A stretch of 64,000 nt of DNA from an uncultured Verrucomicrobiota bacterium (GTDB lineage Bacteria > Verrucomicrobiota > Verrucomicrobiia > Limisphaerales > UBA1319): assembly GCA_903845125.1 (NCBI GenBank), contig CAIMWS010000344.1, forward strand, positions 24,290-88,289, given 5' to 3'. A program made the position numbers and the translations under genes. Positions 54,681 through 63,250 of the stretch are shown here, piece after piece (position 1 is the stretch's first letter; every line of letters begins with the position of its first letter). The notes below the pieces were generated by a model that was given only the letters and a program-made list of their open reading frames with translations, was not told the DNA's origin and did not search any database.

Positions 54681-55511
54681 ATGGTTATCAATACAAATAC
54701 ATCTGCCGCCAGCTCAGCCCGCCTGCTCAATGATTCGTCTGTCAAACTGTCCAAATCGCTTGCCCGTTTGTCTTCGGGATCCCGCATCGTCTCCCCGGAA
54801 GATGACGCCGGCGGCATGGCCGTTTCCCTGCGGTTCGACGCCCAGATCAACCGCATCCGCGCGGCCAGCTCCAATGTCAGCAACGCGGTGGCCTACAGCC
54901 AGACCCAGGACGGTTTCCTCGGCCGGGTGCAGACTGCCCTGGACCGCATGAGCGAGCTGTCCGTGCTCTCCCAGGACATCACCAAAACGGACACGGACCG
55001 CCAGAAATACGACACGGAATTCAGCACCCTCAAGGATTACATCCTCAACATCGGCAGCAAGAATTTCAACGGGGTCTCCCTGTTCGACGGAGCCGCCCGG
55101 GAAGTGACCATCGACAGCGACAACGGCGTTTCCACCGCCACCGGCCAGAGCTGGAACATGTCCGGCGTGAGCCTCGGTTCCACCTCCTATTCCAGCGCCA
55201 TCGCCAGCACGGTGAGCGTGAGCACGGCGGCTTCGGCCAAATCCGCGCTGGACCTCGTGCAGACCGCCATCAACCAGCTGGCCACGGATCGGGCCCAAGT
55301 GGGGGCCAATATTTCCCGGCTGAACCATACGAACACACAATTAGCCGTTCTGAAAGACAACATGGCCTCCGCCAACAGCCGCATCAAGGATGTGAACGTG
55401 GCGGAGGAAAGCACTGAATTTGCCCGGTATAACATCCTGGTACAGGCGGGGACTTCGATGCTGGCGCAAGCCAACTCCAGCGCGCAGTCCGCCCTGAGAC
55501 TGCTCCAATAA
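54681..55511 (+). CDS. fliC: flagellin
   Basis: ATG 54681 follows AAGGAG. The N-terminus is MVINTNTSAASSARLLNDSSVKLSKSLARLSSGSRIVSPEDDAGGMAVS. The C-terminus is ...RAQVGANISRLNHTNTQLAVLKDNMASANSRIKDVNVAEESTEFARYNILVQAGTSMLAQANSSAQSALRLLQ. These are the canonical D0/D1 flagellin termini. The upstream part of track ORF 54351 is leader. Confidence 0.9.
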   Translation: MVINTNTSAASSARLLNDSSVKLSKSLARLSSGSRIVSPEDDAGGMAVSLRFDAQINRIRAASSNVSNAVAYSQTQDGFLGRVQTALDRMSELSVLSQDITKTDTDRQKYDTEFSTLKDYILNIGSKNFNGVSLFDGAAREVTIDSDNGVSTATGQSWNMSGVSLGSTSYSSAIASTVSVSTAASAKSALDLVQTAINQLATDRAQVGANISRLNHTNTQLAVLKDNMASANSRIKDVNVAEESTEFARYNILVQAGTSMLAQANSSAQSALRLLQ

Positions 55512-55548
55512 TCCAGGCTGTTCGCTCGGGCGGATAACCAAACGACCA

Positions 55549-55579
55549 GGCGGCGCGGGTGCGCCGCCGATTGCTTTTT
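55549..55579 (+). terminator. Rho-independent terminator of the flagellin gene
   Basis: GGCGGCGC gggt GCGCCGCC (8-bp GC stem) is followed by gattgcTTTTT, 38 nt after the stop codon. Confidence 0.7.
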
Positions 55580-55700
55580 CCCCGGGGCGCTCCCGTAAAA
55601 AACGCGAACGGCAAGGCAGGATTGCATCCACCTGGAATCCGGAATATATTGGCTCCAATGACAACAACCTTGAAGATGGTGGTTCAACCTCACTCGCGCC

Positions 55701-56030
55701 ATGCTATCCAAAACCATTGAAGAAATCGAAAGCCGCCTGGCGGATGCCCATATTCCCGCGGACCATAAAACTGATTTGCTGCGGTTGCTGGAAACCTTGA
55801 AAGGCGAGATTTCCGACCTCGCTGAAACCCACCAGGAACACGCGCAAAGCATCACCGGCTTCGCCTCGGTATCCACCCACGAAGCGATCCGTTCGGAGAA
55901 AAACCCCGATTTGCTCAAATACGCCATCTCCGGCATGTCCGAATCCGTGGCCGAATTCGAAAAATCCCATCCCCGCCTGGTGGAGATCGTCAACTCCATC
56001 GCCACCACGCTCTCTAATTTAGGCATCTAA
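55701..56030 (+). CDS. small helical protein (DUF4404-like, from memory)
   Basis: 109 aa: MLSKTIEEIESRLADAHIPADHKTDLLRLLETLKGEISDLAETHQEHAQSI...VAEFEKSHPRLVEIVNSIATTLSNLGI. Composition is balanced. The family assignment is uncertain. Confidence 0.55.
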   Translation: MLSKTIEEIESRLADAHIPADHKTDLLRLLETLKGEISDLAETHQEHAQSITGFASVSTHEAIRSEKNPDLLKYAISGMSESVAEFEKSHPRLVEIVNSIATTLSNLGI

Positions 56031-56104
56031 TCAGGCCGTCGGGGGGGATTGCCGGCGCCGTGGACATGCTTGACCCTGCCCCGCGTTGCGGGCAACGTGT
56101 CCGC

Positions 56105-57031
56105 ATGTTTAGGATGATTGGCGGGGACCATCAGGAATATGGGCCGGTTACAGCCGACACCCTTCGTCACTGGATCCGCGATGGCCGCGCCAATGCCCAC
56201 TCGCGGGTGCGGGAAGCAGAAGGCGACTGGAAGCCGTTGGGCAGCCTGCGTGATTTCGCCCCCGAATTAATGGCCCAGGCCTCGAAGCTGGAAAACCGGC
56301 GTACCTGGGTGGTGCCGCTTTCCAACGAGGAGTATGCCGAGGAAATCCTGGAGTGTGATTACGCCATCAATGTCGGCGCCTGCCTTCACCGCAGCTGGAT
56401 CCTGTTACGGGCCAACCTGCTGCCGCTGACCATCGCCACGACGCTGGCCATCGCCACCGTGGCCTGCATCAATGCCCTGCCCATCATCGGCTTGATCGCC
56501 AGCTTGATCCTCCTGGGGCCCTTGTGGGGCGGCCTGTTTTCCATCTACCTCAAAAGGCTGCGTGGCCAGGTGTGCGATTTCTCCGAGGTTTACGGCGGGG
56601 TCAGCGGCAAATACCTCCAGCTCATGCTGGCCATGGTGGTCAGCTTCTGCCTGATGGCCATCAGCGGCCTCATCACCATTTCTTCGTTGGTGATGGCCGC
56701 GGTCATGGGCACCAAGTTCCCCGCCCCGGCCTTGGTCTTCGCCTCCCTGATCGGCATCCTGCCTTTCATTTATTTCGCCGTCTGCTGGATGTTCACCGTG
56801 CCGTTGGTCATTGATAAAAACCTTGAGTTCTGGCCGGCCATGGAGTTGAGCCGCAAAAAGGTCAACCAGCATTGGTGGGAAGTTTTCCGTCTGCTGGTGG
56901 CGGGCTTGGTGGTGGCGCTGGCCGGAGTTCTGGGGCTGGGGATTGGGGTATTCATCACCATCCCGGTGTTCATTGGCGCCGTAGCCTGCACCTACGAGGA
57001 CATCTTCACCACCCCTACCACGCTCATGTAA
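56105..57031 (+). CDS. membrane protein with N-terminal GYF_2-like domain
   Basis: MFRMIGGDHQEYGPVTADTLRHWIRDGRANAHSRVREAEGDWKPLGSL resembles the GYF_2/DUF4339 module. It is followed by ~5 TM helices. The start is ambiguous (GTG 56060, ATG 56066, 56105 or 56114). Confidence 0.65.
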   Translation: MFRMIGGDHQEYGPVTADTLRHWIRDGRANAHSRVREAEGDWKPLGSLRDFAPELMAQASKLENRRTWVVPLSNEEYAEEILECDYAINVGACLHRSWILLRANLLPLTIATTLAIATVACINALPIIGLIASLILLGPLWGGLFSIYLKRLRGQVCDFSEVYGGVSGKYLQLMLAMVVSFCLMAISGLITISSLVMAAVMGTKFPAPALVFASLIGILPFIYFAVCWMFTVPLVIDKNLEFWPAMELSRKKVNQHWWEVFRLLVAGLVVALAGVLGLGIGVFITIPVFIGAVACTYEDIFTTPTTLM

Positions 57032-57140
57032 CCCCTGCCTTGGGGGCGGAAGTGATGGGGTGGCGGTGCGGCCCGTGGGAATTCAAATTGCTTTATGCTG
57101 TCCAACGATTATAATCGTGTGGACACAGAAAGGATAAACC

Positions 57141-57848
57141 ATGTTTTGCCAAAAATGCGGTGTTCAAATCCCGGATGATTCCCGCCATTGTTCCCATTGC
57201 GGCACTCCGACCGCCAACGCGGCCACCGCCGCCAGCGGGGCTAATTCCGCGGCGGCGGTGACTGAAAAAATCCGCGAGGCATCCCAGGATGCCTTGGCTG
57301 CCTTCAAACAATTCGCCATGGACCCGATCGGCGGTTTGCCGGTGGCGTTCGGCAGCCTGGGCAAAGCCCGGGCGCTCACTGCCGGGGTTGCTTTTGGCGT
57401 GTTTTTTGCCCTGTGCGTCATGGTCACTTTTTTCATGGCGGTGCCCAATATCCTCCGGCCGCCCCCGCTCAGAATTCTGCTGGGTGGCCTGATGCCATTC
57501 GTCAGCATTTCCGGGGCCAATGCCCTGGCGCGCATGGCTTTCAAAGGCGAAGGCCAATTTGAAAGCGACATTTTCATTGCCGGATCCTCCCTGGTGCCGG
57601 CCGGTTTGCTCTGCCTGGTGGTGGGTTTGCTGGGCAGCGCGATCACCAGCCTTTGGATGATCCTTTCCGTTTTCGCGCTCACCACCACCATTCTCATGCT
57701 GTATTCCGGATTCACCCGCATCATCAAATTATCGGATCGGGCAGTGGTTCTGGCCCTGCCCTGCATCCTGATCGTCAGCTTCTGGCTCACCCGGATCATG
57801 CTGGCGACTTCGCTGCGCGGGGGCAGCGGCCTGCCGCCCGGCTTTTGA
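57141..57848 (+). CDS. zinc-ribbon membrane protein
   Basis: ATG follows aaaggataaacc. MFCQKCGVQIPDDSRHCSHCGTP is a CxxC...CxxC zinc ribbon. It is followed by ~5 TM helices. Confidence 0.65.
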   Translation: MFCQKCGVQIPDDSRHCSHCGTPTANAATAASGANSAAAVTEKIREASQDALAAFKQFAMDPIGGLPVAFGSLGKARALTAGVAFGVFFALCVMVTFFMAVPNILRPPPLRILLGGLMPFVSISGANALARMAFKGEGQFESDIFIAGSSLVPAGLLCLVVGLLGSAITSLWMILSVFALTTTILMLYSGFTRIIKLSDRAVVLALPCILIVSFWLTRIMLATSLRGGSGLPPGF

Positions 57849-57896
57849 TCCCGCCCCCTCATCCGCCAGCCAAGCTGCCAAACCAAGCCCGGGACC

Positions 57897-58940
57897 ATGT
57901 ATTGCCGGAAATGCGGGATCCAAATCCCTGATGACGCTGCCGCCTGTGCGCATTGTGGCGCCCCGGTGGGTGGAGCCGCCCCGGCCGGCGCCGGCGCCAA
58001 TCTGTTCGAAACCGGCCGGCAGCATGCCCGGACCATCCTTGCCGATCTGCAGCAGATGGATTTGCAAAAGGAAATCCTGCCCATCGACCGCTCCAACGCC
58101 CGGATGTTGCGCAACGATTTTGTGTTTTGGGCGGTGACGGCTTTGGGCATCGTCCCTTTGGTGATTGTCAGCCTGCAAAACGAGCGCGACCAACTCACCT
58201 GTTTCGCCCTGTTTTATGCCGTGCTGTGGGGCGTGATCTTCAAGAACTTCATCATCAAGGACCAGGAGAGCTATCTCTTCCATTTCGGCGCCCTGTTTTT
58301 TACCGGCATCGTGGGCATGAACCTGCTGCTGGCCTTTTACCAATGGGTGGTGCCCGGGTTCCTGCTCAAGTTGGTGGAGCATCCGGATCCGGTGATCCGC
58401 CTGCTCGGTTTTGTGTTCCAGGTCGGCATTGGCGAGGAAATCTGCAAGGCGTTGCCGGTCCTGCTCTATATTTACTGGAAAAAGTAGGGATTCAATCCGA
58501 TTTCCGCGGTGCTGCTCGCCGCTTTCTCCGGACTCGGTTTTGCCGCCTTTGAAAACATGTCGTACGGCCAGAAGGCGATCTTGAACAGCTTCGGCCTCAC
58601 CTACCAATACGGCGTCCGGGGCTTGGTGACCGGGGTGCAAAGCGCCATGATCGCCTCCATGCTGAGATCCCTTTCCCTGGTGTTTTGCCACGCCGTTTGG
58701 GCGGGCATTTTCGCCTATTTCATCGCGAGCGCCTTTGCCACCAAAAAACGCATGGGTGCGCTGATCCTCATCGGCCTGCTCCTCTCGGCCACGCTCCATG
58801 GCCTCTACGACTGGCTCTGCGGTGTGCAAATGACCCTGGCCACGGTGGTGGTGGGCTTCAGCTTTGTGCTGTTCTACGGCTACGCCATCAAGATAAAGCT
58901 CGCCTGGGCGCCGGGGGGCGGCGATATCTCCCGCACCTAA
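57897..58940 (+). pseudogene. zinc-ribbon + PrsW-family intramembrane protease interrupted by one in-frame TAG (58485-58487)
   Basis: Track ORFs 57897..58487 and 58509..58940 are in the same frame. Across the stop the sequence reads ...GIGEEICKALPVLLYIYWKK*GFNPISAVLLAAFSGLGFAAFENMSY...HAVWAGIFAY...HGLYDW. The EExxK motif lies before the TAG. The GFAxxEN and His motifs lie after it. Confidence 0.6.
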
Positions 58941-58976
58941 CGGGAAGCCGCTTCCGCCTGGCCCGGCTGCCCCCGC

Positions 58977-60455
58977 TTATTTTTTGCGCGCGCCGCGGGA
59001 TGGTTTGCCAGCCTTGATCCGCAAGGCGATGTCTTCCTGGAAATCCGGGGATGCCAGCTGGGCCACGCCCGCGCGGACCTCGAACGCCGCCGTTTTTTCC
59101 ACCATCCCGCTGCGGGGATTCAGCCATTCGGCCTGATACTGGCCGGCCGGCATTTCCAGCCGGAGATCCGCCCGGCCGACGCCTTTGATATAGATGGCGT
59201 ATTCCTTGCCCGGCAGCACGAGCGCCCGGGCCAGGCTGCCCGCGGGCAGCCCCCCTTTGAAGATATAATTGTCCGGTTTCAGGTGGATGAAATCGAAGCT
59301 GTGGATGAAATCCCTCAGGATTTCCAATTGCCTGCGCAGGATGGGATTGCCGCCGCCCGGTTGCCGGGCCGGGTAGGCGAAGGTTCCGTCCTCCCAGCCC
59401 ACCGCGAACGAATAATCGAGGTTGTTGTACAGCGCGCCCCCGGCGATCATGAATTCCCAGCCTTCATATCGGTAGTGGATGTTGTTGGTCCCTTTGAAGC
59501 CCGTCTCGTTGTCGCCGATGGCTTTCTTAAGGCCGTAATTCTGGTTCACCGTGTCCGGTGGGTTCGCATAATGGAAGTTGAATATGGAAACCGCCGGGTG
59601 CGGCTTCGTCACCTTGGCGGAGCCATTGGCGATGTTTTGGGAAATCAGGTGCTGGTATTTGAACTTCTTTTCCGCCTCCACCAGGGTGTCCACGATGTGG
59701 TGTTGCCAGGCCATCGTCACGCCGCCAAAATAGGGCTCATTGCACACCTCGTAGTAAATATTGTCGGCCTCCTTTAACTCGAGCACGATCTTGCGCACCA
59801 GGGCGTCGTGGATGTCCAGCAGCCCGCCGTGCTGGTCCAGCGTGTAAACATTCGTGCGCGCCACCCCGCCCAGCCCGTTGATGTTGTTCAGCACATTTTG
59901 CGGGCTCAGGTTCCATTGCGCCTCCTCGTAGAAGGGGCAAAACAGGTTGATCTCCACCACGATGCCCCGCTTCCCGGCCTGGCTCACGAAATCCTTCAGC
60001 CGTTTGAAGTAAGCAGCGTCCCACCGGGTCAGGTCGAACTTGTTGCCGCCATTGGCATAGCCATTGGTGGCGCTCCGGGCCCAGGGGCAGATGAACCGCT
60101 CGCGCACCGGCGCCAGCGTGTTGCTCGTGATGTTGAAAGCGCCCGCCGGCTCCACATATGAGCCGGTGAACAACCGGGTCAGATTCAGCTTGTTGGATTT
60201 CAACGTATCCAGGTATTTGACGTAATTGAAATCCAGGTTCAGCACCGCCCCGTAATGCTCCCCGGAGGTGATCAGCACCTCAGGCTTGCCACGAAACATA
60301 AAGTAATGGGGGTTTTGCGGGTGCAAGGCCAGCGGAGCGGCGGACCGGACCGCCGGCGGACTGGCCAGCATCCAGCACCAGGTCATGCCAGCCAGGCCCC
60401 AGTAGCGCAGGCCTCCCTGTAGAAGTCGTTGCTTCATCCATTGCGTTGTTCTCAT
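58977..60455 (-). CDS. secreted clan GH-A (GH5-like) TIM-barrel glycosidase with C-terminal beta-sandwich
   Basis: ATG 60455 is preceded by aaaggag. Signal-like MRTTQWMKQRLLQGGLRYWGLAGMTWCWMLASPPAVRSA. The catalytic-acid motif is IYYEVCNEPYFGG, with a second acidic motif region GDNETGF. The upstream 75 codons of the track ORF are rejected. Confidence 0.7.
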   Translation of the reverse strand: MRTTQWMKQRLLQGGLRYWGLAGMTWCWMLASPPAVRSAAPLALHPQNPHYFMFRGKPEVLITSGEHYGAVLNLDFNYVKYLDTLKSNKLNLTRLFTGSYVEPAGAFNITSNTLAPVRERFICPWARSATNGYANGGNKFDLTRWDAAYFKRLKDFVSQAGKRGIVVEINLFCPFYEEAQWNLSPQNVLNNINGLGGVARTNVYTLDQHGGLLDIHDALVRKIVLELKEADNIYYEVCNEPYFGGVTMAWQHHIVDTLVEAEKKFKYQHLISQNIANGSAKVTKPHPAVSIFNFHYANPPDTVNQNYGLKKAIGDNETGFKGTNNIHYRYEGWEFMIAGGALYNNLDYSFAVGWEDGTFAYPARQPGGGNPILRRQLEILRDFIHSFDFIHLKPDNYIFKGGLPAGSLARALVLPGKEYAIYIKGVGRADLRLEMPAGQYQAEWLNPRSGMVEKTAAFEVRAGVAQLASPDFQEDIALRIKAGKPSRGARKK

Positions 60456-60544
60456 GGCTCCTTTATAAGTCCTGACCTCTGCCAAGAAAAGCAGATATGA
60501 GCGGCAGACGGGAGCCGCCTTTTTGCCGGCGGCTCGCGCGGGCT

Positions 60545-61645
60545 TCAGCTGCCCTTGCCCGCCAGCCATTCCCCGAGCGGCAGTTCCAACTGCTGGCTGG
60601 GCGGCCCCAGGTTGCTCACGCCCAGCCCCATCAGCCGCAGGGGCCGGGTCACCAGCTGGTGCCGGGCCAGCAGGGTGCAACCCAAGCGGTAAATGTCCCG
60701 CGCCTCCGCCACCGGCTCCTCCAGGGTGAACTGCCGGGTGAGCGTGGTGAAATCCCCGTAACGCACCCGCACCTGGACCGTTTTGGCGGCCAGGCTTTTG
60801 CGCTTGAGATCCGCGGCGATCTCCGCGGCCTGCCGCCGCAGGATGGCGCGCAGTGTGGGCCGGTCGTCCGTATCCTGCAAAAAGGTCTCCTCGCAGCTGA
60901 CGCTTTTGACTTCCTCGCTGAGGTCCAGCGGGCGTTCGTCCTCGCCCCAGGCGAATTGCCGCAACACGGGAGCAAAGGACCCCACCAGCGCCCGCAGGTC
61001 GCCCGCATGATCCCGCAGGTCGCCCACGGTGTGGATGCCTGCCTGGCCCAGAATGTTTGCCGTCACCTTGCCCACCCCATACAGCACTTTGACCGGCAAT
61101 GGCCGCAGAAATTCCTTTTTTTCCGACTCCGGAATCAAGGTGAGCCCATCCGGCTTTTGGTAATCGCTGGCCAGTTTGGCGAGCAGTTTGTTGGCGGCCA
61201 CGCCCACGCTCGCCGTCAGCCGGCGCTCCTCCCGGATGCGCTCCTTCAATGCCCGGGCCAGGGGCATTGCCCGCCTCAAGCTGTCATCCGCATCCGTCCC
61301 CTGGCATTGCGCTGAATAATCCAGATACGCCTCGTCCACGGACACTGGTTCGACGATGGCCCCGCTACCCGCCACCATGGCCATGATCTGCCGTGATTCC
61401 TCCTGGTAAGCGTCCATCCGGGGCCGGATGAATATGCCCCGGGGACAAAGCCGCCCGGCTGTCATCGAGGGCATGGCCGAACGGACCCCGTATTTGCGGG
61501 CCTCATAACTGGCGGCGCAAACCACCCCCCGCTGCGTGGGCGGACTGCCCACAATGACCGGTTGGCCGCGCAGCGCGGGATCATCCCGCTGCTCCACGGA
61601 CGCATAAAACGCGTCCATATCCAGATGCAGAATCACCCGGTGCAC
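60545..61645 (-). CDS. dinB: DNA polymerase IV (Y-family)
   Basis: GTG start. (M)HRVILHLDMDAFYASVEQRDDPALRGQPVIVGS...GVVCAASYEARKYGVRSAMP...VSVDEAYLD...SVGVAANKLLAKLASDYQKPDG are classic DinB motifs. Confidence 0.9.
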   Translation of the reverse strand: MHRVILHLDMDAFYASVEQRDDPALRGQPVIVGSPPTQRGVVCAASYEARKYGVRSAMPSMTAGRLCPRGIFIRPRMDAYQEESRQIMAMVAGSGAIVEPVSVDEAYLDYSAQCQGTDADDSLRRAMPLARALKERIREERRLTASVGVAANKLLAKLASDYQKPDGLTLIPESEKKEFLRPLPVKVLYGVGKVTANILGQAGIHTVGDLRDHAGDLRALVGSFAPVLRQFAWGEDERPLDLSEEVKSVSCEETFLQDTDDRPTLRAILRRQAAEIAADLKRKSLAAKTVQVRVRYGDFTTLTRQFTLEEPVAEARDIYRLGCTLLARHQLVTRPLRLMGLGVSNLGPPSQQLELPLGEWLAGKGS

Positions 61646-61655
61646 ACGCAGAGCA

Positions 61656-62759
61656 TCACTGGTAGGAAATTGTCAGGAAATTGGTGCCGCCGGTGATCGC
61701 CGTGATGCGCCGGGATACCGTATCTTGCAGCCGATAAAAACGTGGCCCGGAAGGAATGGCCACCTGTAAGGTTTTGGCCCCGGCATCCGCCACGGCGCCT
61801 GCTTCAAAAGCATAATTCCCATCCAGCCGTTCAGCTGACCATAGCTCAGGCGGGATCGCCTGGGCCAGGATCTGCTGGATCCACGCAACATAACTGGATA
61901 TGCGGGTGGCATAGAAAGCGCTGGGCTGCATCTGGGGTGTTTCCACCGTAAAGGCCCAGCCGTTGGTCTCCTGCCCATACAATCCGCCTTTGTCGATGAT
62001 CGCGGCGTAAAATCCGTCTCCCTGGCTGTTGGTGTTGAACAGGGCTTCCACCGCCCAATTGATGCCGGCGAGCTTCCACGTTGCGCCATCCAGCATGAAT
62101 ACTCCGCCCCCTGAATCACCGGCCGACAAAGTGGCCTCATTTTCGCCGCCGTTGGTGTCGAAGTCCATTTTCAGGACCTCCGCCGAGCTGTCTGGATCCA
62201 CCAGTGTCATGCTCACCCGGTTTTGCCCCCAGCGCATCAGATTGTCACTGGCTCCCCAATACCAGCCTTTCAGCTCATGGTCGTAGCTGGAGGCGGTGCT
62301 GACCGGTCCGCCCCGCGGGCAGCCCCGCCCCATGATCACCACGGCCCGCCCAATTTCATTCCGGCGGGTATAGAGCGGCGCGTAGGAGGGCAGCGTTTCC
62401 CGGACCCGCCAGATCCGCAAATCGGCCTGGGGATGTTCAAAGGCGGCGGTGGTGGTGCAGGTCATTCCGCCATACACAAAGGCTCCCCCCACCGCGCCAA
62501 ACACATGTTTGGCGGTGATGAAGTAATGCGGGGCAATGGCGGTGCCACAAAACAAGCTCCACTGGCCCTGATAATTCCAACCGCTGCCGGCGAGAGTGCC
62601 GGCCGGGGGGCTGGTATTGTGCGTGGGGTCCCCGGTGGCATAAAAGATCATTCCCCTGGCGGTTCCCGCACCCTGGCCGGCCAGCAGGATCAGCAATAGG
62701 CCTGCCCCCCGCCAAAAAGGCTGCCGTCGGACCGCGAATTGACTGCTGTTTGCGCGCAT
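61656..62759 (-). CDS. secreted trypsin-like (S1) serine protease with C-terminal FYRL module
   Basis: The signal is FWRGAGLLLILLAGQGAGTARG. The catalytic triad context is ITAKHVF (His), ADLRIWRV (Asp) and SAGDSGGGVF (Ser). The C-terminus is ...IPSGPRFYRLQD.... Confidence 0.75.
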   Translation of the reverse strand: MRANSSQFAVRRQPFWRGAGLLLILLAGQGAGTARGMIFYATGDPTHNTSPPAGTLAGSGWNYQGQWSLFCGTAIAPHYFITAKHVFGAVGGAFVYGGMTCTTTAAFEHPQADLRIWRVRETLPSYAPLYTRRNEIGRAVVIMGRGCPRGGPVSTASSYDHELKGWYWGASDNLMRWGQNRVSMTLVDPDSSAEVLKMDFDTNGGENEATLSAGDSGGGVFMLDGATWKLAGINWAVEALFNTNSQGDGFYAAIIDKGGLYGQETNGWAFTVETPQMQPSAFYATRISSYVAWIQQILAQAIPPELWSAERLDGNYAFEAGAVADAGAKTLQVAIPSGPRFYRLQDTVSRRITAITGGTNFLTISYQ

Positions 62760-62890
62760 CTGGCCGGTAATCTAATTGTGAACTCCGGTGGCCGTCAAAT
62801 ACCATGCAGCTTCCCCTGGTTCCTGTGCCGACGACCGTCTTGAAGGATTCATTGGATCACCGCCTCCAAAGCCACGCCCAATGGTACGGT

Positions 62891-63250
62891 TCAACCCCGG
62901 TCCGCCAGTTGCCGTTCCGGGAATGGCCCGGGAACCACCTGGTGCTGGGAGCCGGCGGCCCAGGCCGGTTGTTCCAGGCCGGTGCGGCGCCAGTGGAATC
63001 GCGCCAGCCGGATCGTTACCCCCGCCGCCAGGCCAGCCAGGAGGCCAGCGGCGCCGCAGCGCAACCACACCGGCAGCATCATCCAAAAAACGATCAGCGC
63101 CAGCCCCCCCGCCGCCAGCATCACGGTTTCGCCCAGGGTGATGGCCCAGGCCAGCCAGACCGGGGGCATCGAAACGGTCCGGCAGGCTGCGTGCGAAGTT
63201 TGCCGGGCGTTGAGCGGAGGATCCATGGTGGGTGTGTTCATGGGGGTCAC
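62891..63250 (-). CDS. small two-TM membrane protein, hypothetical
   Basis: The GTG start overlaps the upstream TGA (GTGA). The hydrophobic segments are PPVWLAWAITLGETVMLAAGGLALIVFWMMLPVWL and AAGLLAGLAAGVTI. Support is weak in GC-rich DNA. Confidence 0.35.
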   Translation of the reverse strand: MTPMNTPTMDPPLNARQTSHAACRTVSMPPVWLAWAITLGETVMLAAGGLALIVFWMMLPVWLRCGAAGLLAGLAAGVTIRLARFHWRRTGLEQPAWAAGSQHQVVPGPFPERQLADRG

